NCBI GenBank assembly: GCA_001798595.1
Contig: MGSS01000051.1
Location: 6,270-70,269 of the forward strand
Source: Deltaproteobacteria bacterium RIFCSPLOWO2_12_FULL_60_19
GTDB taxonomy: Bacteria > Desulfobacterota > Binatia > UBA9968
Length of the DNA: 64,000 nt
Direction: 5' to 3'
In this document: positions 29,810 through 39,415 of the stretch, piece after piece
How the letters are laid out: each line of letters starts with the position of its first letter
How positions within the stretch are numbered: the stretch's first letter is position 1
Translations under genes and position numbers: made by a program
The notes under the pieces: model-generated
What the model was told of the DNA's origin: nothing
What the model saw: the letters and a program-made list of their open reading frames with translations, nothing else
The model's database searches: none

Positions 29810-30859
29810 TCAGTTATAAAGAACCTCTTTGAGCTTGGCGATCAGCCCCGGGTCGAGCTTGAACAGCCCGGAGATGATCTTCTCCGCTTCGTCGCCGGGC
29901 ACAAGCCGGATTCCCAAATCGGCCTTCTTCGCTTCCGCGATGAACTCCGGGTCCTTCAAAGTCTCCTCAAAGGCCTTGCGCAAAAGCTGCGCGCGGTCTT
30001 TCGGGGTTCCCGGCGGCAGGGTATAAGTGCGGACGATCTCGCTGTCGCCGTGGATTCCGACCTCGATCATCTTACGCCCTTCGTCGCTCTTCGCGAGGCT
30101 CAACGCCTGGGGCACTTTCGGAAGATCGGGGTGAGTCCTGCGGTTGGCCTGTAAGACGACCATCGCGTCGCCCGACTCCAGCGCCTTGCGCCAGGTAACC
30201 CTCACGGACTCCCAACCCCAACAGCCGCCCGCCAACTCTCCGCTCTCCGCCGCCAGCCGGATATCCGCCGTTCCCTTGTACCCGGAGACGAGCTGGATGG
30301 GCAAGCCTGCCGCCGCTTTGATGATCCGGGTGGCATTGTCGGGGGTGGAGGTGCCCGGCCCGACGCCGCCCATTTTAACCGGCGTCTTCGACGCCGCCCA
30401 TCGCTCGACGCTGGTAATGCCACTGGCCTTGGTGAAGGCGCAGACCACGTGGTCCGTCGTCGGTGCGCCGATGAATTCGAATTTTCTGGCGTCGAACTCC
30501 ACGCCTTTCTGCCCCAAGACCTGGCCCAGAAACAGGCCGCCGATGAAATGGCCGATCGTAAGACCGTCCGGCTTAGCTACCTTATAAACATGGTTGGCGG
30601 CGATCAGGCTGCCCGCGCCCGTCATGTTGTCCACGATCACGGTAGGGCTGCCGGGAATGTGTTTGCCGAGATAGCGCGCTAGCGCCCGCGCGTAGGTATC
30701 GAAACCTCCGCCCGCGGAAAAACCCACGACGATCCGTATCGTCTTGCCGCTGTAAAACTGCTCTTGCGCGTAGACCGACGCGGTCAGAGCCAAAACCAGG
30801 AACAGACCGAGGCAACAGAAAACCAAACTCTTGATGCCGGAACCGTATCTAACTTTCAT
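29810..30859 (-). CDS. Tripartite tricarboxylate transporter substrate-binding protein (Bug/TctC family), orphan
   Basis: Signal peptide plus KTIRIVVGFSAGGGFDTYARALARYL...PDGLTIG, characteristic of Bug-family SBPs. No tctA/tctB adjacent. Confidence 0.7.
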   Translation of the reverse strand: MKVRYGSGIKSLVFCCLGLFLVLALTASVYAQEQFYSGKTIRIVVGFSAGGGFDTYARALARYLGKHIPGSPTVIVDNMTGAGSLIAANHVYKVAKPDGLTIGHFIGGLFLGQVLGQKGVEFDARKFEFIGAPTTDHVVCAFTKASGITSVERWAASKTPVKMGGVGPGTSTPDNATRIIKAAAGLPIQLVSGYKGTADIRLAAESGELAGGCWGWESVRVTWRKALESGDAMVVLQANRRTHPDLPKVPQALSLAKSDEGRKMIEVGIHGDSEIVRTYTLPPGTPKDRAQLLRKAFEETLKDPEFIAEAKKADLGIRLVPGDEAEKIISGLFKLDPGLIAKLKEVLYN

Positions 30860-30932
30860 ATCAACCTCCTCGGCGAAACCGCGTGAGATGCCGTCATCTA
30901 AATCATAAAACTCTGTCGTGTCAAGCCGCGCA

Positions 30933-31670
30933 TTACTTTCTCTTCAGTCTTATCTTCCAGAACTTCTCCGGGTAGTCTGAGATCAGGCCGTCGACGCCGA
31001 GGGCGAGGAATTTTTCCATCTCGCGGAGGTCGTTGACGGTCCAGACGAAGGTTTTGAGGCCGGCCTCGGCGGCCTTTTCCAGCGCGCCGGGGCTCACCAG
31101 CTCTTTCTGCATGTGGATGGAATAGGCCCCGAGCTCGCGCGCGACCTGGAACGGGTTCTCCTTGCTTCCTCTGCCGTAGAGAACGCCGAGGGTCGCCTCC
31201 GGCGCGAACTCCCTTACCCGGCGCAGCGAGCGGTAGTCGAACGACGAAACGATGGCCCGCTTGAGATATTTATAGTGGCTGAGAATGAAGAGAGTTTTGA
31301 GTTCGATTCCGAGGGGCCCCTTCGGGAAAGTCTTGACTTCGATGTCGAGCGCCGCCTTGCCGACCACAATCTCCATCGCCTCTTCGAGCGTGAGAATCCG
31401 CTCGTTCTTGAGGGATTTCTTAAACCACGAGCCGACATCGAGCTGCTTGAGCTGCTTGAGGGTCTTGGCTCTGACCGTGCCGCTCGCGCGCGCCGTGCGC
31501 TTAAGGCTCTCGTCGTGAAACACGACCACATGGCCGTCCTTCGAGAGCTGGCAATCCACCTCGACCACGTCCACGCCGGCGGCCAGCGCCTTCTCGATGG
31601 CGATGCGCGTATTCTCCGGATAAGCGCCGGAGCTGCCGCGGTGAGCGATCCTCAAGAAGCTCGCCTTCAT
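30933..31670 (-). CDS. Glycerophosphodiester phosphodiesterase (GDPD/UgpQ family)
   Basis: IAHRGSSGAYPENT...VEVDCQLSKDGHVVVFHDESL is typical GDPD active-site sequence. Confidence 0.8.
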   Translation of the reverse strand: MKASFLRIAHRGSSGAYPENTRIAIEKALAAGVDVVEVDCQLSKDGHVVVFHDESLKRTARASGTVRAKTLKQLKQLDVGSWFKKSLKNERILTLEEAMEIVVGKAALDIEVKTFPKGPLGIELKTLFILSHYKYLKRAIVSSFDYRSLRRVREFAPEATLGVLYGRGSKENPFQVARELGAYSIHMQKELVSPGALEKAAEAGLKTFVWTVNDLREMEKFLALGVDGLISDYPEKFWKIRLKRK

Positions 31671-31716
31671 GATGTTTCAGGCTCCGGCGGAATGTCGAGA
31701 TGCCTTAAACTGAATC

Positions 31717-32466
31717 TTACGCAGTTCGGTCCGCTTTGCGCAAGTAGATGAAGAATTCTTTGTTCCCCTTCGGGCCGAGCAGCGGCGATTCCACCACTCC
31801 GAGCGCTTCGAATCCGAACGCGACAGCCGCAGCCTTGATCTCTTCGATCACGCGCGCGTGCTCCCCGGCGTCGCGCACGACGCCGCCTTTGCCCACTTTT
31901 CCCTTGCCGACTTCAAATTGCGGCTTGATCAGCGCCACGACCTCGCCGCGCGGCGCGAGCAGATCGCGGACCTTGGGAAGGACCAGGCGAAGCGAGATAA
32001 AAGAGACATCGATCGTGGCGAGTTGTGGAGCCTGGGGAAGCTCTGCGGGTTCAAGAAAGCGGATATTTCTCTTTTCCAGGACGACGACGCGCGGATCGTT
32101 TCGGAGTTTCCAGTCGAGCTGGCCGTAGCCCACGTCCACCGCGAAGACCTGCCGGGCGCCGAAGGTGAGGAGACAGTGCGTAAAGCCGCCAGTCGATGCG
32201 CCCACGTCGAGGACAAACTTATCTTCGACGTCCATGCCGAACTCTCTCAGCGCCTTCTCCAGCTTAACGCCGCCGCGGCTGACGTAAGGCGGCGCGCCGC
32301 CCTTCAGCCGGATCGCCGCGTCCGGATCGATCAAGCTGCCGGCCTTGGTCGCGGGGCGGTCGCCGACGAAAACCTCGCCTGCCAGAATTCGGGCCCGCCC
32401 CTCCTCCCGGCTCTGAACCAGCCCGCGCTCGACCAACAGCTTGTCTAGGCGCTCCCTCTTTCCCAT
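31717..32466 (-). CDS. tlyA: TlyA-family rRNA 2'-O-methyltransferase (S4 domain plus FtsJ-like MTase)
   Basis: RLDKLLVERGLVQSREE (S4). VLDVGASTGGFTHCLL (SAM-binding). Confidence 0.8.
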   Translation of the reverse strand: MGKRERLDKLLVERGLVQSREEGRARILAGEVFVGDRPATKAGSLIDPDAAIRLKGGAPPYVSRGGVKLEKALREFGMDVEDKFVLDVGASTGGFTHCLLTFGARQVFAVDVGYGQLDWKLRNDPRVVVLEKRNIRFLEPAELPQAPQLATIDVSFISLRLVLPKVRDLLAPRGEVVALIKPQFEVGKGKVGKGGVVRDAGEHARVIEEIKAAAVAFGFEALGVVESPLLGPKGNKEFFIYLRKADRTA

Positions 32467-34364
32467 CCCTCCTTTTTTCTCTTCTTCTCGGCCCGGACCA
32501 TTTGTATCGCCGCTTGCGCAATCGCGTCCTTGTCGATGGCGCAGATTTTTTTAAGCTCGTCTTGCGTGCCGTGAGCGATGAATCGGTCCGGCACGCCGAG
32601 GCGCCTAACCGTCACGCCGGTCAGCCCTTCATCCGCCAACAATTCCAAGACCGCGCTGCCGAAGCCGCCCTGCATGACGTGGTCCTCTACGGTGATGACT
32701 CGAGAAATTTGAGTCACCACGCTCAGCAGCAGCTCACGATCGAGCGGCTTGACGAAGCGGGCATTGACCACCGCCGCGTCGATTCCCAACTGGGCAAGGT
32801 CGCGCGCCGCCTTAAGAGCGGGAATGACGGTGTTGCCGATCCCCAGGATCGCCACGTCCTTGCCCGGCCTGAGCAGCTCGCCCTTGCCGATCTCCAGCGC
32901 GCGAATATCGCCGTCCAGCTCGACGCCGAAACCCTCTCCCCTGGGATAACGCAGCGCAATCGGCCCTTGATGCTCGATCGCGGTCTTGAGCATCTGCTGC
33001 AGCTCGTTTTCGTCTTTCGGCGCCATGACGACCATATTGGGAATAGAGCGGAGATAGGCGAAATCGAAGACACCGTGATGCGTCGGGCCGTCGGCGCCGA
33101 CCAGCCCGCCGCGATCGAGCGCGAAGACGACGTGCAGATTCTGCAGGCAGACGTCGTGCAGAATCTCGTCGTAGCCCCGCTGGAGAAACGTGGAATAAAT
33201 CGCGACGACCGGAACCCAGCCCTCCGTCGCCATGCCGGCGGCGAACGTCACGGCGTGCTGTTCGGCGATGCCGACGTCGTAGGAGCGCTCCGGCAGCTCG
33301 CGCGACAATTTGTCGATGCCCGTGCCGCTCCCCATCGCGGCGGTGATGCCTACCACCTTCGGATTCTCTTTGGCGAGGCGAATCAACGCGCCGGCGAAGA
33401 CGTCCGTATAGGTCGGGATCGGGCTCTTGGCTTTCTTCGCCTTGCCCGTGAGGACATGGAAAGGTGTCACACTGTGATATTTGATCGGGTCCTCTTCGGC
33501 CGGCTGGTATCCTTTTCCCTTCTTGGTGATGACATGGATGAGCGTCGGGTGCTCGAGCTTCTTGACGTTCTGGAAAGTTTGAATCATCTCCTCCAGGTCG
33601 TAACCGTCGATCGGGCCGACGTATTGAAAGCCGAGCGCCTCGAAGAGAAAACCCGGCGTCACCAGGCCGATGAAGGATTCTTTGAACTTGTGCGCGAGAT
33701 GGTAGAGGTTCTCGCCCACTTTGGGTAACGTCCGCAGCAGATGGACCAGATTTTTTTGCAGCCGCACCGCCAGGTCCGTCGTCAACTGTTTGCTGAGAAA
33801 CGAGGAGAAGGCGCCGACGCGCGGGTCGATGAAGATGGCGTTGTCGTTGAGCACGACGATCAGATCCTTGGCCAGGTGGCCGGCCTGGTTGAGCCCTTCG
33901 TACGTCAGACCGGCGGTCATGCCGCCGTCGCTGATCACCGAGACGACCTTGCGCTTTGAGCCTTGCAGCGCGTTCGCCACAACCATGCCGAGCGCGGCGG
34001 AGACCGACGTGCCGGCGTGTCCGGCGCCGAAGACATCGTATTCGCTCTCCTCGCGGCTCAAAAAGCCGCTGAGCCCGCCCAACTGGCGCAGCGTCGGGAG
34101 CTTCTCCCGCCGGCCGCAGATCAACTTGTGGGCGTAGCCCTGGTGGCCCGTGTCCCACACGATGCGGTCGTCCGGCGTGTTGAAGGCGTAGTGCAGCGCC
34201 AGCGTCAGCTCCACCGCGCCGAGCGTGGACGCGAGATGGCCGCCCACCTCGGAGACGACCGACAGAATCTCCTCGCGCACCTCTTGCGCGAGCGCAGGCA
34301 GCTCCGCGACCGCGAGCTTGCGAAGGTCGGCAGGTTCGTGGATCTTGTCAAGCAGCTTGGTCAT
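32445..34364 (-). CDS. dxs: 1-deoxy-D-xylulose-5-phosphate synthase
   Basis: 639 aa. TPP motif GDG..TAG. ...WDTGHQGYAHKLICGRRE... typical Dxs. Confidence 0.9.
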   Translation of the reverse strand: MTKLLDKIHEPADLRKLAVAELPALAQEVREEILSVVSEVGGHLASTLGAVELTLALHYAFNTPDDRIVWDTGHQGYAHKLICGRREKLPTLRQLGGLSGFLSREESEYDVFGAGHAGTSVSAALGMVVANALQGSKRKVVSVISDGGMTAGLTYEGLNQAGHLAKDLIVVLNDNAIFIDPRVGAFSSFLSKQLTTDLAVRLQKNLVHLLRTLPKVGENLYHLAHKFKESFIGLVTPGFLFEALGFQYVGPIDGYDLEEMIQTFQNVKKLEHPTLIHVITKKGKGYQPAEEDPIKYHSVTPFHVLTGKAKKAKSPIPTYTDVFAGALIRLAKENPKVVGITAAMGSGTGIDKLSRELPERSYDVGIAEQHAVTFAAGMATEGWVPVVAIYSTFLQRGYDEILHDVCLQNLHVVFALDRGGLVGADGPTHHGVFDFAYLRSIPNMVVMAPKDENELQQMLKTAIEHQGPIALRYPRGEGFGVELDGDIRALEIGKGELLRPGKDVAILGIGNTVIPALKAARDLAQLGIDAAVVNARFVKPLDRELLLSVVTQISRVITVEDHVMQGGFGSAVLELLADEGLTGVTVRRLGVPDRFIAHGTQDELKKICAIDKDAIAQAAIQMVRAEKKRKKEGWERGSA

Positions 34365-34458
34365 AAATTAGATGCCGTGGCTCGTGCTCGCGCTCGTTAA
34401 AAACACGAACACGAAGCTTCGAAGGACTACCCCGCAGCAGCACGAACACGATCGCTTT

Positions 34459-35346
34459 CTATAACGCCCGTTCCACGATGGTGCGAGCGATGGCTCTGAG
34501 CGGGTCTGCATCTTTACCAAAAGGGTCAAGCTCCTTCAAGCAGCGGTCAAGCAGCTCCCGCGCGCGCTTTCTCGCCGCGCCGAGGCCCGCGACCGATGGG
34601 TAGGTCGCCTTTTTCTTCTCGCTCCCGGCGCGCCCTTCACCTCCATGCCCGGCCGCGTCCATGATGTCATCGGCGATTTGAAAAGCCAAGCCCAAATAAC
34701 CTCCGTAGCGCTCGACCCGGCGAAGCTCCTGCCGCGTAGCGCCGCCGATTTTCGCCCCCACTTTCGCGCAGACGCAAATCAACGCGCCCGTCTTTCGCGC
34801 ATGGATGTGTTCGACGGCGGCCGTGTCCGCTTGCTTGTCCTCCGCCTCAAGGTCCACGGCCTGCCCGCCGACCAGCCCATCGGCGCCCGCGGCTCGAGAG
34901 ATGTCGTAAATCAGCTCCAGAACCAACCCCGGTTTCAACGATCGGACTGCCTCGGGCCGGCTCATCAGCTGGAAGGCCTCCGTGAGCAGCGCGTCGCCGG
35001 CCAATAGAGCGATGCCCTCGCCGAATAACTTGTGGGTTGCCGGCTCGCCTCGTCGAAAATCGTCGTTATCCAGGGCCGGGAGATCGTCATGGACGAGGGA
35101 ATAGGCATGAATCAGCTCAAGCGCGCAGGCAAAGAGCAGCAACTGTTTGCGCTCTGCACCGAACAGCTCCCCGGATGCCAATGTCAAAATCGGCCGCAGC
35201 CGCTTGCCGCCGGACAACACGCCATAGCGCATCGCCTTGACAATCGTCCGCGGGCGCTGTTCGGATTGTTTGAGATAGCGCTCCAGGCTGCGGTCGATGA
35301 GCGCCTTGCGCTCGCTGAGATAGGCTTCGATGTCGAGCTTCGGCAC
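34459..35346 (-). CDS. ispA: Polyprenyl diphosphate synthase (farnesyl/geranylgeranyl diphosphate synthase)
   Basis: FARM LVHDDLPALDNDDFRRG and SARM FQIADDIMD motifs. Confidence 0.85.
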   Translation of the reverse strand: MPKLDIEAYLSERKALIDRSLERYLKQSEQRPRTIVKAMRYGVLSGGKRLRPILTLASGELFGAERKQLLLFACALELIHAYSLVHDDLPALDNDDFRRGEPATHKLFGEGIALLAGDALLTEAFQLMSRPEAVRSLKPGLVLELIYDISRAAGADGLVGGQAVDLEAEDKQADTAAVEHIHARKTGALICVCAKVGAKIGGATRQELRRVERYGGYLGLAFQIADDIMDAAGHGGEGRAGSEKKKATYPSVAGLGAARKRARELLDRCLKELDPFGKDADPLRAIARTIVERAL

Positions 35347-35349
35347 GGG

Positions 35350-35619
35350 CTAAGATTCCTCGTCCTCCGAATCCTCGCCGGCCGTCTGTTCCATAGACTT
35401 GAGCTGGAGCTTGCCTTCTTTGTCTTTCACCAGCACCTCGATTTTCTTCTCCACCTCGGTCAGCTTCTGATTGCAGAGATTGACCAGCTTGACTCCCTCT
35501 TCGAAAGCCGCCAGCGACTCCTCCAGCGAAAGCTCGCCCGACTCCAGCCGCTCCACCACTTTTTCCAATTCTTTCAGGGCCTGTTCGAATTTTTTCTTCT
35601 CTTGGTCCTTCTTGGCCAT
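35350..35619 (-). CDS. xseB: Exodeoxyribonuclease VII small subunit
   Basis: 89 aa. FEQALKELEKVVERLESGELSLEESLAAFEEGVKL. Confidence 0.85.
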   Translation of the reverse strand: MAKKDQEKKKFEQALKELEKVVERLESGELSLEESLAAFEEGVKLVNLCNQKLTEVEKKIEVLVKDKEGKLQLKSMEQTAGEDSEDEES

Positions 35620-35681
35620 CCCCCGTCTCCCTTAAGCACGCAAGGGCGCGATGAATCGCACCCCTACACTTTGCGATCTGC

Positions 35682-36623
35682 CTACTGCCTGCCCTGAGCT
35701 TCGTCGAAGGGCCTGCTACCTACTTCAGCCATAGGCTGATCCGCCTTTGGCGGAGCCTCCTGCCTGCCCGCTATCTTAAGCAGCTCCATCGGATCCACTC
35801 GCGCGCCGTTCAACCGCGCGCCCCAGTGCAGGTGCGGGCCGGTCACCCGACCCGTCATGCCCGCCAGGCCGATGATATCGCCCTTGCGGACCTCCGCATT
35901 TTTCTCCACGCGAAACTCCGAGAGATGAAAATACATGGTGTAGACGCCCCCGCCGTGGTCGAGGACGATGCTCTTCCCGCTAAAATAAAAATCGTCCCGC
36001 AGCGCCACGCGGCCGTGGTTGGCGGCGGCAATCTCCGTGCCCAGTTGCGCCTTCAAGTCAACCCCGCCGTGGGGAGCGCGCGGCGAGCTGTTGATCACCC
36101 GGCGCAGACCGAAAGGCGAGGTGATCTGGACGGCGACCGGCGCGAGAAAGCCTCCATCCCACAGGCGGCTCGCCGTCCGCGTTTTCCACAGCCGGTCGAA
36201 CTCGGCCTGCTCGCGCTTGATCCGTTTCATTGTAGCCGCATCGATCTGGTCGAAAGAGGGCGACACCGAGAAGGCTTCGCTGGGATATTCCCTGGTCAGC
36301 ACGGATACGGTGGCGCGGCGCTCCCATTGCTGCCCGGCGCCGGTGCGACCCCGAACGGAGATTTCTACGGCGCCCGGGGGCCTTTCCAGGTCCACTCCAA
36401 CCAATGCCGCATAGGAGCCGTCCGGCATGGGAAACGGCACGATCTCCGTACCGCCGAAAAAGACCTTTGCTCCCGCGACCTCTTTTCCAGTGAAGGTGAC
36501 GACGGCGATTCCTCCCTGGGGGATCTCCGCCGGCTCGACCGTGATTGTCCCCGGCCCCTCTTGGGCAAAAACGGAGGTCCACAGGAGGAGACAGTAAAGC
36601 GGGATGATCCGCGCCGCCTTCAT
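35682..36623 (-). CDS. M23-family metallopeptidase (LytM-type) with signal peptide, inserted between xseA and xseB
   Basis: HGGVDL...HLHWG M23 catalytic motifs. N-terminal MKAARIIPLYCLLLWTSVFA signal. The start ATG overlaps the xseA stop (ATGA). Confidence 0.7.
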   Translation of the reverse strand: MKAARIIPLYCLLLWTSVFAQEGPGTITVEPAEIPQGGIAVVTFTGKEVAGAKVFFGGTEIVPFPMPDGSYAALVGVDLERPPGAVEISVRGRTGAGQQWERRATVSVLTREYPSEAFSVSPSFDQIDAATMKRIKREQAEFDRLWKTRTASRLWDGGFLAPVAVQITSPFGLRRVINSSPRAPHGGVDLKAQLGTEIAAANHGRVALRDDFYFSGKSIVLDHGGGVYTMYFHLSEFRVEKNAEVRKGDIIGLAGMTGRVTGPHLHWGARLNGARVDPMELLKIAGRQEAPPKADQPMAEVGSRPFDEAQGRQ

Positions 36624-37855
36624 TCTTTCTGCTCGATCCGGCAAAGCACCCTGCCGCGCGCAAAGGAAACGCGCAGCAGATCGCCGATACTGATAGCGAC
36701 GCTGTCTTTCACGACCGACTGCTCGGGCATTTTTTGGGCGATACTGTAGCCGCGGTCGAGGACCGCGAGCGGACTTAGACCGTTCAGCCGCTCCGACCCG
36801 TGCGCCAGCCGGTCGCTGAGCCGCGCCACGTGATCGCGGAAGCGCCGCCACAGGCTGAGCGACAACTCGTCGAGCCTGAGCTGGTTCTCGCGCAGGCGCC
36901 GGCTCGGATCGCTCAACCGGCGCGCCAACCCTTGCCAGGCCCCTCGTTCGGATTCCGCCCGGCTCTGCATGGCCCGCAGGAGCCGGCTCCCATGACTTTC
37001 GAGCTCCTCGACCAACTCCTCCCGGCGCGGCACCGCCATCTCCGCGGCCGCCGTCGGCGTCGGCGCTCGATGGTCGGCGACAAAATCGGCTATGGTAAAA
37101 TCCACCTCATGACCGACGGCGGAGATGACCGGGACCGGCGCGGCAAAAATCGCTCGCGCGACCACTTCCTCGTTAAACGCCCACAGATCCTCCAACGATC
37201 CGCCGCCGCGCCCGACGATCATCATGTCTACCAGCCCCGAGCCGCCCAGGTCGGAAATTCCTTCGGCGATCTCCTGAGCGGCGCCGTCGCCCTGCACCCG
37301 GACGGGCCGGACTATGACCCTGCGGGCCAGGAAACGGTCATGCAGGATGCGGAGCATGTCGCGCAGCGCCGCTCCGTGGAGCGAGGTGACGATGCCGATC
37401 GCGGCGGGCAAAAACGGCAGCTCCCGCTTGCGCTCGGCGGCGAACAGCCCTTCTTCCCCGAGCTTTTTCTTAAGCTGCTCGAAGGCGAGGTAGAGCGCGC
37501 CCTTTCCCCTCGGCTCCATGATCTCCACATAGAGCTGCAAGTCGCCGCGCGCCTGATAGAGACTGACGCGGCCGAAGCAGAGCGCCTCCATCCCGTCCTC
37601 GGGCTTAAACTTAAGACTCGTCCCCTGGCGGCGGAACATCACCGCGGCGATCTGGCTCTTGTCGTCTTTGAGCGTGAAGTAGATATGGCCCGACGGCGGC
37701 ACGCGGAAGTTGGAGACCTCGCCTACCACCCAGAGCGCGTCCAGCTCGCGCTCCAGCGTTCCTTTGATGATCTGGCTCAACTCGCTGACGGTGAGATATC
37801 TGCGCGACTCCCTGGCAAACAAAGGCAGGCCGCTCTCCCCTTTTCCCTGTCGCAT
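36620..37855 (-). CDS. xseA: Exodeoxyribonuclease VII large subunit
   Basis: OB-fold N-terminus (YLTVSELSQIIKGTLE...VVGEVSNF) and ExoVII-large catalytic core. Confidence 0.85.
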   Translation of the reverse strand: MRQGKGESGLPLFARESRRYLTVSELSQIIKGTLERELDALWVVGEVSNFRVPPSGHIYFTLKDDKSQIAAVMFRRQGTSLKFKPEDGMEALCFGRVSLYQARGDLQLYVEIMEPRGKGALYLAFEQLKKKLGEEGLFAAERKRELPFLPAAIGIVTSLHGAALRDMLRILHDRFLARRVIVRPVRVQGDGAAQEIAEGISDLGGSGLVDMMIVGRGGGSLEDLWAFNEEVVARAIFAAPVPVISAVGHEVDFTIADFVADHRAPTPTAAAEMAVPRREELVEELESHGSRLLRAMQSRAESERGAWQGLARRLSDPSRRLRENQLRLDELSLSLWRRFRDHVARLSDRLAHGSERLNGLSPLAVLDRGYSIAQKMPEQSVVKDSVAISIGDLLRVSFARGRVLCRIEQKE

Positions 37856-37896
37856 TCCAGTCCCGCAAAACGACTAGCCCTCCGGGCGGAGGGCTA

Positions 37897-37990
37897 ATGA
37901 AAATGCAAAATGAAAATTGCAAAGTGTAAAGATCAAGAGAATTTCCTGTCCCTCATTTTACAATTTGCATTTTGAGATTTGCATTCGGTC
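37897..37990. repeat. AT-rich heptad palindromic element (TGCAAAA/TTTTGCA family), copy A
   Basis: AATGAAAATGCAAAATGAAAATTGCAAAGTGTAAAG ... CATTTTACAATTTGCATTTTGAGATTTGCATTC inverted arms. About 30% GC in a ~63% GC genome. Adjacent GC hairpin GCCCTCCGGGCGGAGGGC at 37877-37894. Confidence 0.7.
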
Positions 37991-38001
37991 CTTTGACCGG
38001 C

Positions 38002-39351
38002 CTACTTGTTCACCACCTGCTTGAACACGTCCCACCCCTTCAGCAACTCCAACGCGCGCCTGAGTTGGGCGTCGTTTTCGGGCGTCATCTCGCTCATCGG
38101 CGGCACCGGTCTCTCCGTCTCCTTCTCCTTGTCCCTCTCTTTGTCCTTAAGCTCCTGCGGCGCCTGCTGGTTCTGCAAATGGCCCGGCAGATTCTCTTCC
38201 CGGACCACCGGACGCTTCCGTTCGTCTCCCTTCGTATCCGGCGGCGGCGTGTTTTCGATGACGATGTCGGGGACGATCCCGGAGGCCTGTATCGAGCGGC
38301 CCTTGGGAGTGAAGTAACGGGCCGTCGTGAGGCGGAGCGCCGAGCTGTCGTCCAGCGGCAAAATAGTCTGAACCGATCCCTTGCCGAAGGTCTTGGTTCC
38401 CAGGATCAAGGCCCGTTTGTGATCCTGCAAGGCGCCGGCGACGATCTCCGAGGCGCTCGCGCTCCCCGCGTTGACCAACACCACGATCGGGAATCCGGTC
38501 CACGAGCCCTCTTTGTGCGCGAAATATTTTTGCTTCTGGCTCTCCAGACGGCCGTCCGTATAGACGATCATCCCGGAGTCGAGAAAGAGATCGGTCACCC
38601 TGACCGCCTGGGTCAGCAGACCGCCCGGATTATTGCGCATATCCAGCACCAGCCCCTTGAGCCCGCCTTTTTCCTGGCTGAGTTTCTCCAAGGCCCGCTG
38701 GAGGTCCCGGTCGGTCCGCTCCTGAAACTGCGCGAGGCGGATATAACCGTAACCTTCCTCGAGCACGCGGCTGCGCACGCTCTGCACGCGAATGACGTCG
38801 CGCACAAGAGTAAAATTCAGCAGCTCCGGCACGCCTTCCCGCTTGACCGAGATCGTGACCTTGCTGCCCCTGTTGCCGCGCATCCGCTTGACGGCCTCCA
38901 TCAAAGACATGTCCTTGGTGAAGTCATCTTCGATCTTGATGATCTGATCCCCGGATTTCACTCCCGCGCGATAGGCCGGCGTGTCCTCGATCGGCGAAAC
39001 CACCGTCAGCACGCCGGTGCGCACCGTGATCTCGATGCCGAGGCCGCCGAATCTCCCCTGCGTGTCCATCTGCAGCTCTTTGTAGAGATCGGGGGTGAGG
39101 TAGGCGCTGTGAGGATCGAGGCCGTTCAGCATGCCGTTGATCGCGCCCGATATCAGATCCTTGGCGTTCACGTCTTCGACGTAGTTCTTTTTGACGATAG
39201 AGAGGATATTGGTGAAGGTCTCCAGGCTCTCGTAATCCTCGCGCGGCACGGCCGAGACGTTTGTCACGACATGCCCGCTTAGGATGAAACCCAGGCCGAG
39301 ACCAACCAGGAGAAATACGATCGACGCTCTATGCTTCCAAAGCACCTTCAT
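38002..39351 (-). CDS. ctpA: Carboxyl-terminal processing protease (S41 family, PDZ domain)
   Basis: PDZ (GDQIIKIEDDF). S41 catalytic region (GSASASEI ... TFGKGSVQ). Confidence 0.85.
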   Translation of the reverse strand: MKVLWKHRASIVFLLVGLGLGFILSGHVVTNVSAVPREDYESLETFTNILSIVKKNYVEDVNAKDLISGAINGMLNGLDPHSAYLTPDLYKELQMDTQGRFGGLGIEITVRTGVLTVVSPIEDTPAYRAGVKSGDQIIKIEDDFTKDMSLMEAVKRMRGNRGSKVTISVKREGVPELLNFTLVRDVIRVQSVRSRVLEEGYGYIRLAQFQERTDRDLQRALEKLSQEKGGLKGLVLDMRNNPGGLLTQAVRVTDLFLDSGMIVYTDGRLESQKQKYFAHKEGSWTGFPIVVLVNAGSASASEIVAGALQDHKRALILGTKTFGKGSVQTILPLDDSSALRLTTARYFTPKGRSIQASGIVPDIVIENTPPPDTKGDERKRPVVREENLPGHLQNQQAPQELKDKERDKEKETERPVPPMSEMTPENDAQLRRALELLKGWDVFKQVVNK

Positions 39352-39415
39352 GGCCTATCTCCTTAACGGAAATCTAGTAGATTTTTAATTTATCTCAAAC
39401 CGCGCCAAATATCCA

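Noticed and set aside
32812-34158. 448-aa ORF antisense/alternate-frame to dxs
   Set aside because: Low-complexity Arg/Gly/Ala-rich translation fully overlapping a strongly supported dxs. Artefact of GC-rich sequence.
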